DNA of 64,000 nucleotides from the human T2T-CHM13v2.0 reference genome, Homo sapiens, in assembly GCF_009914755.1 (NCBI RefSeq), contig NC_060925.1; one strand, given 5' to 3'. Position numbers and translations under genes: made by a program. The notes under the pieces are model-generated. The model did not search any database, was not told the DNA's origin, and was given only the letters and a program-made list of their open reading frames with translations. Numbering within the stretch: position 1 is the first letter of the stretch; every line of letters starts with the position of its first letter. Positions 29,216 to 43,814 of the stretch are shown one piece after another.

Positions 29216-31200
29216 GTCTTTTTTCAGAGCACTTACAAATAAGGTCTACACAAGCAGCAGCAGATTCAAAATCTAAAGCATGTCTGATATTGATGAGGTA
29301 AATGGCAATTTCTCATCTAGACTCAGTTGAAGACTAGTCTGAGCCTAGGCTATTTCCATTATTCTGTAAAGAATTATAAAATGAATGAAATATGTGTGGG
29401 GGTCTCCCTAGTCTCAAGAAGGTATGGAGAGGGGAGAAGAGGGAGGAGAAAACATTGATAAAGCTAGAATACTCTCTCCAGTTAAAGTGATATCCTACTA
29501 AGGTATCCTTGGACTCCTGTCCTAAGTGGATCCCAAGAAAACCTACGTCCTTTATTAGGAGGTAGCCTAGTATGGGAAAGAGCATGGATTTACTGACACA
29601 GACAAAAATTGCTTTACATCTCAACTTTGGTGAGAACTAAATGTATGGCTTTGGACAACTGTCTTAGTTTCTCCAAATTCCTAATCTGTAAAACAGCGAT
29701 AATACCTAACTCATAGAGCTATAAAAAATAAATGAGGTAATCATAGAACCTGGTATGTAGTGGTACTCAGTAATTGTTAATTCCTTTTCTTTCATCACCC
29801 ACCTAGAAGCTGACCTAAGTCCAAGCACAGAGGATGCCTTCTCCTACCCTGCACTCCCTACACTTAAGCCTATAAATTTTCCAAACAGCTGTGGGTCTCA
29901 TATGCATTTTTCAGTCCAAAATCATATCTCCACCATGGTCTTAGAATTCCTACAGGATTGAAAGCCAAGTTCAATGTGTAGACTTCCACTCTCGAGTGGT
30001 ATCATGTGCCCAGCTGGAGGGCATCACCTAAGCTTACAGTATTGTTTACAGTAAAACATTCTTACAATAAATATCTCACCAGGAGGCATAAATCCCAATG
30101 GTGTCTTTCTCAATGTATCTATTCCGTAAAGTGACCAATTCTCTTTTTTCCATTTCAGCTAATTTCAGTTCTTCCAATTTATAAACAAAATCCTACATTG
30201 AACAAAATCCAATCACCTTAGCAAGGTTTCATAGCTGCCTTAGAGGTTGGTTCTTTCATGGACCAGTCAATAAAATGTGCCCCAGGTCATCATGCGTCAA
30301 GCCAGCACTGGGATGACCTGGTCCAGGAGCCTTAGAGAATATGAGCTAATGTGGAAATTTAAGTTGTGTGTTAGAAACCAATAGGGCCCCAAACCTGGTC
30401 AGAAATGTATCCTTTCCTTGCTGTTACAAAGACTCTTAGGGCAGGCTTTGTGTGCCCTTCCTTCACTGCATGAGCCAGGTCTCTCAAGAGAGCCAAATAT
30501 TAAGTGTGTACTTCAGAGTGAGTGCTGAAGTGCCGCTATATCTCTGAAATCCAAAAATTAGCTAAGGGATACTCAGGCAGCCTATAAGGCAATGGGCAGT
30601 GCAAGCCTCCCTCCTATATTTCTGGCTCACTAAAAAGTTATTCTAAAATAATACACTAACTCATAAGTGAATAAAGTTAAATATGACAATTCCAGACTAT
30701 CATGGCAACCACAAAGTTTCAAAATGCCTCTTTAAAGGCTTATTAAATCTCTCTTCTTAATTAAGCCTTTCCTTAGAGAAGTCTGGTACCTGTATTATTT
30801 CTCTGAGCTAATACAATATTTAGGACACTTTTCTTGTAAAATCTGAACTAGCAGGGTGACCCTACACATCATCACAATTTCTCAAGGTATTTCACCTTTC
30901 AATTAACTGAGACAGATCTATCTTCATCACAGCAAGAAATTCTGCTTTTAATTGGATGTATGATTAATACAGTAGCTAAAATATGGAATTATCACCCCAG
31001 ATTGTTTACATTTGCAATAACAGTTTCAACTAAATGTCTTCAGAAAATGTCAAATTGATTTCTGACATAACAAAATACATACAATGGCTAACAATGTATT
31101 CATTAATATCTTGTGTTTCCATCGTGTCATTATTGGTTCTAATAATACCTAATTGCAATAATAAATACCTAATTTGGGGGAGTTATTTATTTTATTTTCT

Positions 31201-32789
31201 TTTTTTTTTTTTTTATTGATCATTCTTGGGTGTTTCTCACAGAGGGGGATTTGGCAGGGTCATAGGACAATAGTGGAGGGAGGGTCAGCAGATAAACAAG
31301 TGAACAAAGGTCTCTGGTTTTCCTATGCAGAGGACCCTGCCGCCTTCCGCAGTGTTTGTGTCCCTGGGTACTTGAGGTTAGGGAGTGGTGATGACTCTTA
31401 ACAAGCATGCTGCCTTCAAGCATCTGTTTAACAAAGCACATCTTGCACCACCCTTAATCCATTTAACCCTGAGTGGACACAGCACATGTTTCAGAGAGCA
31501 CAGGGTTGGGGGTAGGGTCACCGATCAACAGGATCACAAGGCAGAAGAATTTTTCTTAGTACAGAACAAAATGAAGTCTCCCGCGTCTACCTCTTTCTAC
31601 ACAGACATGGCAACCATCCGATTTCTCAATCCTTTCCCCGCCTTTCCCCCCTTTCTATTCCACAAAACCGCCATTGTCATCATGGCCCGTTCTCAATGAG
31701 CTGTTGGGTACGCCTCCCAGACGGGGTGGTGGCTGGGCAGAGGGGCTCCTCACTTCCCAGTAGGGGCGGCCGGGCAGAGGTGCCCCTCACCTCCCAGACG
31801 GGGCAGCTGGCCGGGCGGGGGGCTGACCCCCCCACCTCCCTCCCGGACGGGGCGGCTGGCCTGGAGGGGGCTGACCCCCACCTCCCTCCCGGATGGGGGG
31901 GCTGCCGGGCAGAGACGCTCCTCACTTCCCAGACGGGGTGGCTGCCGGGCGGAGGGGCTCCTAACTTCTCATATGGGGCGGTTGCCAGGCGGAGGGTCTC
32001 CTCACTTCTCAGACGGGGGGGCTGGGCAGAGACGCTCCTCACCTCCCAGACGGGGTCGCGGCCGGGTAGAGGTGCTCCTCACATCCCAGACGGGGCGGCG
32101 GGGCAGAGGCACTCCCCACATCTTAGACAATGGGCGGCCAGGCAGAGACACTCCTCACTTCCTAGATGGGATGGCGGCCAGGCAGAGACGCTCCTCACTT
32201 TCCACACTGGGTAGCCAGGCAGAAGGGCTCCTCACGTCCCAGACGATGGGCGGCCAGGCAGAGACACTCCTCACTTCCCAGACGGGGTGGCGGCCGGGCA
32301 GAGGCTGCAATCTTGGCACTTTGGGAGGCCAAGGCAGGCGGCTGGGAGGTGGAGGTTGTAGCGAGCCGAGATCACGCCACTGCACTCCAGCCTGGGCACC
32401 ATTGAGCACTGAGTGAACCAGACTCCGTCTGCAATCCCGGCACCTCGGGAGGCCAAGGCTGGCGGATCACTCGCGGTTCAGAGCTGGAGACCAGCCCGGC
32501 CAACACAGCGAAACCCCGTCTCCACCAAAAAAATACGAAAACCAGTCAGGCGTGGTGGCGCGCGCCTGCAATCGCAGGCACTCGGCAGGCTGAGGCAGGA
32601 GAATCAGGCAGGGAGGTTGCAGTGAGCCGAGATGGCAGCAGTACAGTCCAGCTTCGGCTCGGCATCAGTGGGAGACCGTGGAAAGAGAGGGAGAGGGAGA
32701 CCGTGGGGAGAGGGAGAGCGGGGAGAGGGAGAGGGAAAGGGAGAGGGAGAGGGAGAGGGAGAGCGAGAGTGAGAGCTAGAGCTAAAGCA
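31201..32789 (-). mobile_element. Full-length SVA (SVA_C/D-like)
   Basis: Poly(T) 31201-31214, SINE-R ~31215-31700, VNTR ~31710-32295, Alu-like ~32296-32680, (AGAGGG)n hexamers ~32684-32789. TSD tttattttct at 31191-31200 and 32790-32799. Confidence 0.97.
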
Positions 32790-33829
32790 TTTATTTTCTA
32801 ATTAGATATTTTTCACATTTCTATTCCATAATTATTCATGAGTAATTATTATTAGTCACAAAATAGAATTATCGTTAAGCCTGTATGAACTGAATCCAGC
32901 TTCTTATAGAAAACAAGAATTAAACTTTTCCTGCTTTATGTTCTAATTAACTTTTTTCTCTATTTTGTAGAATTGCTCTAAACAGTGTTGAAAGAAAATG
33001 TAAAGTCAAGGCTGATAACTCAAGATACTTTTATAACTATAAATTTGCTATAGGGAAGTTTAAAGAATCACATAATTGGGGTTTTGTTCTCATACCCCCA
33101 CGTGGAACCAAATAAGTTTTCATCAAAAGACTCTTGTTTTGTCAGGGGTTTGCTGCTGTGTACTCATATGTTCAGGTACTCAGCCAACAGCCACAGCCAC
33201 AAAGCCTTTCTGGATCTGGCCTTCAGTCTCAGCTCTTTCAGCATCTCCTTCTTACTGGCCCATATAATGCCACACCCCATCTACATAGAACGTCTACCTG
33301 TTGACAATAGGCCTTTCTACTTTCCTGCTTGTGTATATATTGTCCTTTTTTCCTGGAATGAACTCCCTTGTTTTTCAATCTCAAGGAGTCATACTTATGA
33401 ATTCAAGTAACCATTTCCCCATGATATTTTCCAGAGGCTCTTATGGAAACTTTGTTCTATTCTTCATACAGTATAAATTTACCTTTACCACTATCACATA
33501 TTACGCTGGACTTTATCCCATTTCTTGACTATGTCTCCCATTGAATTACAAGCCTCTGAAGGAAGCTACAGGTGTATTTTTTTTTCCTTGCCCTGGAAAG
33601 TCATGGGAATAAACACCACTTTCAAGATTTAACCAGTAAGGAGTAGGAGCCGGTAAATAAATACTTCACTCTTCCATGTCTTGGGCAGACATGACATTGT
33701 ACCTGATACCCCAGAAGGTCCCCAGTGGAATGAAGCCCCAGTTGCCCATGGGAAAAATCAATTCAACCTTGATTTTCTCTCTTTCCTGTCTTTATTCTTC
33801 CCAATCCCTTATTCCTTTTTCCCTGGTGA

Positions 33830-34822
33830 GTCAGTTTTGTATTGCTGCTGTAACAAATTACCACAAATTCAGTGGCTTAAGACAACACAGACAGACTCTC
33901 TTACTATTCTGGAAGTCAGAAGTCCTCCATCAGTTTCACTGTATAACATCAAGGTGTCTGCAGGGCTGGTTTCTTCAGGAGACACTCAGAGAGAACCTGT
34001 TTCCTTGCCTTTGCTAGCTTCTGGAGGCCATCTGCATTCCTTGGCACATGACAGTTCCTCAAATCACTCTGTCAAAATTACAACAAATTTAGTTTAAAGA
34101 TGTCAGTCAGTTTTCTTTGAGACTCTAGAATTGGGCAACATTTTATTCTTTGAAATAAAATAAGTGTCTAAATGAGTAGAACATAGGAGATTGGCTTTGT
34201 AGACCAAAAAAAAAAAAAAAAAAAAGGTTGAAGAAAGCAGAAATAAAGAGCAAAAAGTGGATTGGTCATGTCAAACTTAACTTTCCTTATAAGGCAGGGA
34301 CAACGGGAGAATGGAAAGCTAACCAATTGGTTAACCAGACTACTTTAAGTCAAGATTTGAAACCAAGGGAACTTAATTATCTTGTAGACCAAAACCAGCA
34401 TTTTGGGAAATTAGGCTGTTAGATTTCTCATCTGATTTCTGGGAAGGCCAGGTGACAACTCGGATTTAGTTTGACGAGGTGGGACTCAGTATGAGTGATT
34501 TCATTTTGACTTTTAGTCTGGTCTGTTGGGGCTTAGAGTAGGAACTTAGTCCAAAACAATGACCTATAATCTTTACTGAACAATTCCAACCTCTTGCTTT
34601 AATTAACATATCTCATACTTCCTCCTTTGTCCTTCTTGCCTCCCTCTCTTTTAAAGGCCCTTGTGATTGCATTTAAAGCCCACCTAGATAACCCAGGAAA
34701 ATCTTTCCACTTAGTCATACCTGGAAAGTCCCTTTTGCCATGTAAGGAAGGAGATTCTGTGCATAGCTTGATGAAGGGGTTGGTGGGGGTTGGGGGGGGT
34801 GGCAATTATTCAACCTACCACA
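33830..34822. mobile_element. MLT1-type MaLR LTR split by an ERV1 LTR
   Basis: attgctgctgtaacaaattaccacaaa..gtggcttaa at the start; sequence resumes at ~34585 and ends attattcaacctaccaca. Confidence 0.8.
34070..34582 (-). mobile_element. ERV1 solo LTR (MER57/MER93-like)
   Basis: TG...CA termini. Reverse complement begins tgttcagtaaagattatag..cattgttttggactaag..ccccaacagaccagact. Flanks are actc / attc. Confidence 0.7.
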
Positions 34823-35649
34823 TCTAGGATCACTTTCAAAACTAGTTTACCACAAGCATGCACATATTTCAAGCTATTTGAGGGAAATCCAAGCTAAGAC
34901 AGAATCCAAAGGAAATGAACTACTCAAGATGGGAGTAGTTCTTATTATTAAAGGCTACTCATCAACAAGATGTGATTTAGAAAACTGTACCAAGTTTACA
35001 ATGAGAAGATCATTGGTAGACTTGATGAGAACACTTTCAAAGGGTAACTGCTAAATTGCACTGGATTCATAGTCAATTCTCAGTTACCCAAACATACAAA
35101 GGCAAAGAAGGTTCAATATCAGTCTATGCTTTTCCAGAAATCATGGGTATATACAGATATAAAACTAGATCTATGTCGTCACAGGATGCACTAGTTATAA
35201 AGCTTAAAGTTTGTTTTTCAGGAAAGTCTTCCCTAACCTAGTTGACCTCCTTCCTGCTTACTAGGTGCTTTCAGAACTCCCCATATTTTCCCTCTCCTCA
35301 AGCACATTATCCTGTGTGATGATGTAATTAGGATCTGTCTTCCCCCAGTGACTGAAGCTCTGCCATGGTAGAAACCATGTTTTCCTGGTTCACTTTTCAT
35401 CCCCAGCTTTTCACATGTTCCTACCACAGAGTAAATGCTCAAGGGATATTTATTACATAAAAGAAAGAGTCCCTAAAATCTGTAACTGTGACTAAAATGA
35501 AATGACAATTCATATGTTATTAGGCAGTGCTAGAAGAGATGGAGATCTGGCCAGAATGTCAGGTAGAGCCCTAGATTCTGCATTTCTTGTCAAGTTTCCT
35601 GGTGATGTTGATGCTTCTTGTCCTCTGACACACATTTGATGAGAATCCT

Positions 35650-35860
35650 AGTCCAATGGTTCTAAATCCTACATGCACATTAGAAAGCATCTTGGGAGCT
35701 TTGAAAATACTTACCAAAGTCGATCCCCATGCACAGAGAGTCTGTTTTAATTGACAGGGAGGTGGAGTTCCAGTATTAGTTTGTTGTCATTGTATTGTTT
35801 TGTTTTGTAAGATCCTTAGATTATTCTAATGAGTAGCCAAGGCTAAGAGCCACTGGTCTA
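35650..35860. mobile_element. MER5-type hAT DNA transposon
   Basis: caatggttctaaa..cacattagaa..gattattctaatgag..ggctaagagccactg. Confidence 0.65.
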
Positions 35861-37479
35861 GTCCAAATTCTCTTTTAACCGAGGAAAAACTGAGGTACAG
35901 AAAGAATAGGCTAAAGCCCAAGGCTAAGCAGTGAGGTCCTGGCAAAATTGGGATTAGAACCCCACACACCTCCTGACTCCCATTGCAATGCTTTCTGATG
36001 CACAATGAATTCAGGAACAATGGGGGAGACACTTTTGCATTTAGACACAGCCTCAGTGATCCCAGGGAGTGAGTCGGTGAGAGATGACTCAGATGTGAAT
36101 TCCCCGCTGACTCCCATTTTCATCCCCTTGGGCAGTGTGTAGGAGAGGTATAACTGCATGAAGAGAGCATTGTCAAAGAAAATATCCTGGCTGATCTATT
36201 TTAGTTAAAACAGCTTTTTCCCCCCAGGTACTGTGAGATTGCTTGTCTGTCAGGGTGTTGGCCTTGAGCAGGAGCTGGGCACCAGGGAAGGTGTTTTCAG
36301 TGGAGGGAGAAAATAGAAATAAAAAGGAGGGCTAAGCCACAGGGTGCTGGGAGCAGAGGGAGTGAGCGCTGTCTGCTCAGCGGTGTGTTCTTCATTGCAA
36401 ATATCTCTGGGCTAAAGCCGATCCTCTGCTTTCACAGCGCCAGTTGAAATTAGCATTTCTCACGTCCCAGGATTTGTCTATCGTTATTCAGAGTATCGCA
36501 GTAAACTCATCCAGTTCTTCTGAAATTGTGTTATGAGTTTATGCTCTTTTAAAAATTCAGGCTGCTCTCTGGAAGAAGCGGGTGAATCTGAATAACAAAT
36601 AACATATACCAGAATCCAAATGTCAGGACCTGGGTCTGTCCCTAAAGAGCAGAGGCTAATGGCAGTGAAAAAGGGCTGCAGAGGTATCTGGGCATAGCTA
36701 AAGGATGATTCTAGGTGTCAACGGCAACAGAGTGGAAAGAGGGAGGTTCTAATGAGGGCGGTAGGAAACCAGCGGGAAAAACTGGAAAAGTAAAATTGCT
36801 GGTTATTTGTGAGAAGGAGGGTAAGTTTCCCCAGACTGATTCAAAACTCTTAACTTGAGGAAGATGGCTTGTCTCTCAAGTTAGTCATTTCTTGGCATAG
36901 TGGTAGCCACCTTGACTATGGGCATTTCAGTGAATTCCCTGTCTTTCTTGCTTAATGGTAGGTGTCATGGGTGTGCCACTTCCTGACAGATTTTGTTTAC
37001 AGGATCCTCTATTCCAAAATTTTAATGTACCTGCCAATCACCCAGGGATTTTGTTGTGATGTAGATTCTGATTTACTGGGTCTGGGGTGAGGCCTGAGTT
37101 TTTACATTTCTAGAAATTTCCTCGGGTGATGCTAAAGCAGCAAGTGGTTATCTTTCTCCCGCCCTTACAGCCTTCCTCCACACTAGGCCACATGTGGGAT
37201 TGGGCATGCCAGTACTGTGGTGGGGTGGTAGGGACCGCTCAGAGACATAGCTAGGGGGCACCTGGAAGGCCACAGTAGGAAGGAAGCATGCCCTGCAGGG
37301 CTTGGCTTGGCCCACACATTTCACTAAGGGACACTTCTTCCTCGGTTTTGGTCACACTTTACCCTAACATGCAGGAGACTTAATGCAATCAAAGCCCAGA
37401 AAGGAGAACATTGATCTTGTCCACAATTTTCCTTCCCACCCTCAAACACACCCACTGACCCAGAGGGCCTTCATGGTTC

Positions 37480-38030
37480 CCCTCAGCTTGATTAAAGGGA
37501 ATCATTAAAGCCCTGGTGGTCAGTGGGTGTCTAACAAAGCTTTAGACGGTCTTCTTCAAGGCCCCCGACCTCTTTCTTAGAGCATTTACTTTAGAAACCT
37601 TGTAAATTCTTTTTCCACCCCTTTGAGATGTAAATCTTTTAAAACTCCTCTTGCCAGTTTTACAACCCAAGAATGTCTTTCTCAAAGGCCCAGGAGCCAT
37701 CTATTTCAAGTGTAAACATCAAGGGAAATATATTTGCCCCGCCCTCCCAGTTTCTGTGGGAGGATAGGAGCCCAACTTCCTAGGGTACTTGCTCCCAGTT
37801 GTAAAACTACCCCTTGCCATGAAGATATGAGAGAAAGTTTACTTTTCCTTTGGCCAAGGCAGTTAGCAAGCACAGATGGCCTAGGAATGCCCCCACACCA
37901 GCTCCTAAAAACTCAGGCTTTCTTTGAGAAGAGTTGAGTTCATGAAGACTATTCTTGTCTCTATCCCTTATTGCAGTAGCCTTTACTAATCTTCCTTGAC
38001 TGTTTTGTTCCATGCAATTTTGCTTTGACA
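37480..38030 (+). mobile_element. ERV1 LTR (MER31/MER67-like)
   Basis: ttgccagttttacaaccc and tttctgtgggagg motifs; ends gctttgaca. The 5' boundary is uncertain. Confidence 0.6.
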
Positions 38031-38059
38031 ACACACAAATCACGAAATTTATTATTTGT

Positions 38060-38086
38060 TTATGTATGTATGTATGTATGTATGTA
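38060..38086. repeat. (TATG)n microsatellite
   Basis: About six units, read directly. Confidence 0.9.
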
Positions 38087-39311
38087 CGTATTTTCTGGGG
38101 AAATGGAACCTCAGAGAAGGCAAATGGCTTGTCTACTTGTTCCAGTTCGTTGGGCATTGGTGACAGATCTTTAATTATGTGTACTTTTCCCCCTCCATTC
38201 TGTTCTCAAGACTGGAGGCAAAGTGTCCTGACAATGAAGTCTCTTCACTATTCAATGGAAACAGAGAAAGACAGTGTAACTCAAGGAGTTTATGTTAAAA
38301 TCTGAACTATATATACTACATAGCATATGTATTCAAATCAAGAGACAATAAAATGACCAACACAATTTCTTTAATTTTCTTTTTACTGATGACTACTTTA
38401 TGCATCTTAATGTGCATTTGCTTTTTTCTGTGTTCCTAGTCATGCTTTATTACCTGGAGGAGCCCTTTAGTTTGTCTAAAGGGAACTCAGAAAATGATTC
38501 TTGGAAGAGTGCTTGGGGAAAGTGAACACTCTGGGAGATATGTCCAATTGTATGGAAAAACGTGGAGAATTTTGTCATTAGTATGTTGGAGGAAAGAGAA
38601 TAAAAAAAGATGTCTGACTTAAAAGAAGAATGTTTAAGAATAAAGTAAATATCCACCTACTGATTAGAAAGACCTAAGGTGAACCATCATGTCTGATGTA
38701 TCTGAAAGTAACATCTAGAAATGGTTAGGCAAAAGGGATCAAAATAACCACAGCTAATGTGCATCTGGGAAGGCAGGCATATTAATGTGGGTAGATGTAT
38801 CCATACATGTGACAGCCTGTGTTGGAATGTGACAATGCCTATGTGTCCACAGTGTCTGGACAGATGACCACTGCACACATTAAGAGAGCTGTTTAATGCA
38901 CTTCAAAACCAGAAACTGAAATGTCAACACACTTTCAAAAAAGATTTTTAGTGATGCAAATTGCAGATTGCCCCCTGACTTGCTCTAAGCAGAATAAACA
39001 AAGCAATAAACCCATTAGAAGGTACTTGTGAGACATTTAGGTTTTAAGAGCCTTGCTCTGTTGACTATGAAAATAGAACTAGTTTCTACTTGGAAAAGGT
39101 TTTTGTTATTCTGTTTAGTTTATATCACAGCTAACAACCTTAGTAGCTTTGAAAAAAATCATGATTATTCCCTGCTTTCCAGTAGGACCCAACAGGCAGG
39201 TAACTATTTATGAAAGGTACTATGTGTCACTTTAATGTATGCATTCATATGTAGGTTTGCTATTTGATTTGTTCTTATTTCAACCATCAGACAGTCACAG
39301 AGCCACAGCAC

Positions 39312-39874
39312 TGATGAGGTTCAGGACACTCCCTGCAAAATACGACTATAGAAAACCAGAATATGCCACACAAAATATGCTTTTTTGGCATACGGATTAT
39401 TTTGAGCTGGTTATTTTAAGAAACTGCAGACATAGGAGAAGCTTTGAGAAGTTGCCCTTTCGTAGGCAAAATTTACATCTATCAAGAAAATCTCCGTTTG
39501 TGAGTGTGTCTCCCACTCTGCACCAGCAAGTGAGGGAAGATTAAATCACTAGAGAGTCTCAGTCAATGGAAAATAAAGTCGGGGACTTCAATCTTCATAA
39601 TAAACCTTACCGTTGCTTTATGGTTAACCAAGCTTTTCCCTACCTTCTTCTTTCTTTGTTTCAGGGAACATGGCATTTAAGCCTGACGTGTAAGACAATT
39701 ATTTGAGATCTGGAGATGCACTCAGTTCTCTTAGTTATCTTCCACGTATAAAAGAAATATACATGTTATTAAACTTCTATTTGTTTTTCTCTTTTAAATC
39801 TGTTTCTTGTTACAGGGAGTCCCACCTACGCTCTCATGAAGGGTAGAGGAGAAAATTATTTTTTTTCCCCTACA
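39312..39874 (+). mobile_element. MER34-type ERV1 solo LTR
   Basis: ccagaatatgccac..aaaatatg..ggcata..gattattttgagctg; ends aaattatttttttcccctaca. Confidence 0.7.
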
Positions 39875-41512
39875 ACACCATCTCCTCTAAGCTCCATATC
39901 AAATCTGTTGCTCTTCCCAGGGAATTTCAGTCTTGCTCAAGGATTAGAAAAGCAAAGGTGTGGGTTTCCCCATCCTCTTCAGTTGGAAAGTTAAGTGGAT
40001 GCCCTTCATATTTCCAGTGGAATTCACAGCAACAGGTTTAAGGGAATCCTTTTCTATTTGCTGAGCTGAATCAGACACCATGTCTAGGACCCTAGCTGTA
40101 TCAGTAAATTAGTCAAAAATCATGAAAAAGAAAAAGTTGGATTAATATATTGATATAATCAATTGCTTTTGGAAACTGAAAGCACAATGTAGTCAGAGTA
40201 TTGTGATGGCCTCAGTTTCACTATTTGTATCTGTAGGAGACTAACACCTAACTCACTGAATCTTTGTGGGAATAAAATAAGCTATAGGGAGAGAGCTCTT
40301 ACGCAGTGCCTGGCACATGGGTAATTCAGTAAATGAAAGCAGTGAATGCAAAGTGGAATTTCAACAGCAACATTTGAAACTCATGCCAATCTGTGGCCTT
40401 GCCTTACCACACTTAAGTCTAAACTGCATTGTCCTTTGGCTTGCGTGTTTTGTAAACCTTCTTGGATTGGCTCTAGTGCAACAGTGAGATTCCAGGGTGA
40501 AAAGCTTCTAGAAGTCACACACCCTTGAGGGCAAAAAGTGTCAGTTACGATAATCATCCTTGTCAGCACAGCAGGATCCCTGTCGCACACATCTGCCTGA
40601 GTGCAGTGCTTGGGACAGCATTAGACAAGTATCATTTTGTCAATTAACCTTTTTCCATTCTTAGTTTATTAGGGCTCAGCAAATGCATTTACTAAACAGA
40701 GAGGGCTTTTACTTTTTTGACACGGTACTTGCAGCTTTGAACACAGCCTACCTGCACTTTCCCCTGACAACAGACTCAGTTGCACCTCTCTGGCATATTG
40801 GATAACCTTGTGTCACACTGCATAATAAAATCATTTTAATTTATGGAAGGCGTCGGTTTATTTAACATAAAGAGCAGTAGATGTCACGGTGTTTAACTCA
40901 GCTTTTCATATCCGATGGGTATGAGAAAGCAGTGATGTAGATGTTGCCGGTGATAGTGACTACTTACTCCGCTCTACGTTAACCCCCTCAACCCTCCTTA
41001 TCGAGTCTGTGAGACAGGTGCCACGATGCACACATGTCTCAGATATACCTAATTTAAAAAGTAAAATAAACTGTAATCTCCTAGCTGTTTCTTCTGTCTT
41101 AATAAATACACTCCCCTGAAGTCTTCTAATGAATATATAATAACAGATACTGTTTTACTAGCCTTTGTGATGTGCTAAGTTATGCTAAAGATGTTGCTTT
41201 CATCATTGTTGTTTCAATCCCCACAATAACCCTCTGAGTTAGATATTATTACCTCTATTTTAAAAATGAGGAAACTATTAAAAGCGTCACAACTGGACAG
41301 GGATAAAGCCAAGATTGGAGCCAGTTGTCCTAACCATTATAACCTACACTACCTTCAATCCATGCCATGGCTTGGATCAGATCTCCCATTCTATAAAAAT
41401 ATAAATAGGAAAGGTTGTGATTTTTCCACTAAATAACCTGAATTTTAATTGAATGTGATATCAACTAAGAGGGAAAGCCATAGTTAATAGACTTAATTAA
41501 GAATAAATTTAA

Positions 41513-41678
41513 GGCGGGGGGAGGGGGGAGGGATAGCATTGGGAGATATACCTAATGCTAGGTGACGAGTTAGTGGGTGCAGCGCACCAGCATGGCACAT
41601 GCATAGATATGTAACTAACCTGCACATTGTGCACATGTACCCTAAAACTTAAAGTATAATAATAATAAATTTTAAAAA
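41513..41678 (+). mobile_element. Extremely 5'-truncated young L1 3' end (L1PA2-like)
   Basis: gcattgggagatatacctaatgctaggtgacgagttagtgggtgcagcgcacc carries GAG, not the Ta-diagnostic ACA. TSD aagaataaatttaa at 41499-41512 and 41679-41692. Confidence 0.93.
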
Positions 41679-41692
41679 AAGAATAAATTTAA

Positions 41693-42080
<388 letters not shown>

Positions 42081-42125
42081 TAAAATTCTTGAAGCACAAC
42101 ATACTTACTAGGGTGAGGAAATTAA

Positions 42126-42453
<328 letters not shown>

Positions 42454-43814
42454 TAATTAATATAAGGGGGAAAAAACTTTGAAGGTAAGCAAATAGCTAC
42501 TAATTTAATCTCCTTGTTATAAAAGATGGTGTCAACTTGAAATTCTTCTCCATCTTTTCCAGCCAGAAAGCCCATATCTCTCTATATCTCCTTTCCTTTC
42601 TCCCTATTTGGAATTCCCTATCCCATTACCAACAGTCCATTCCTTTCCACTTCTATTCCATCCCTTTTCCCTGGATTGGTGCTCAGGTCACCTATCTATT
42701 GCTGTGGCCATATTTAATACTTCCTTCATACTTTCTCCCACCACTCTGTCTACCTTACCACCAGGTTTCCTCTTCCCTTTCCTACTGTCACATTTATGTC
42801 TCAAGTATCCCTATCCTCCCATTGGCAGGTAGTTACTTCTCTCATCCCCTCTCTCCATTTATACCCCTGCTGAATTAGAGCCTTAATTTGAAACTAAAAT
42901 TTGGTAAAGTCTGAGAAAAAAGCATACACTGTCTTATTTTATTTTAATTTTCCTGCTTCTTAATTTTTAAAAATAAGTTAATCACTGAAAATTTGAGAAA
43001 ATTAAGTAACTTATGCTGTTATTATAGAAAGAACACCAAAATGATGTTCTGTGAGATTTTGTGCTCTTTGTGGCTTCTGCAGCAACAGTTAACAAATGAA
43101 TCTCCCTGTTCTAGCTGTGTTGACCTCATCAGTGATTCTGTTAAGACAAACAAGGAGTCAAATGGGAAGACATTTAATTTTGAGGTCCATAAGGAAAAAA
43201 AATGCTCAAAAACATTAATGTTTGCCAAATAGACTAAATCAGAAGGGAAATAAGGAAAGTATTTTTTATGATTAGAAAAAATATAAACCATGGAGAATAA
43301 AAGTGGAAGCTATAGGAAAGAAGTTCTTATAATCCTAGCTTTGGATGTTACTGCAAATGATTCTAATCACCAAGTTATCATTATTAGTATTATTATTGTT
43401 ATTACCCATAATAAACATGTGCTGGCTGCCAACAGGATGCCAGGCTCTGCACAAGAGAGAATTAGGCTCAGTCCCTGCAGAGCAGGCTTACAACAGATTA
43501 TAATTGCAATAGAAAATCATATTAATAGCAATTCAATATTTTATTAGAAAAATAATATTGTTTCCCTCCTCTCTCTGGGTTTTCTATCATCAAGTAGAAT
43601 ACTGACTCTGAGAATGATGTTTCCTAGACCACAAAGCTAATAAATCTCCCACTAAGAATTTCCTCTCTGTAGTTTCCCACCATCAAACACTTCTTGCTTC
43701 TGCTTTCATATGATCAAGAGGGACCATTCTACATCTGTTTGGTTTTCTACCTTTCGGATCAAGTAGATTCTCTGGTTTAGTCGAGCTGACTGATTTTACA
43801 ACAGTTGCCTTAAG

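Noticed and set aside
31385-32625. Many overlapping ORFs and CpG-island-like composition
   Set aside because: Explained by the GC-rich SVA VNTR and Alu-like domain; not a promoter island or a CRISPR-like array.
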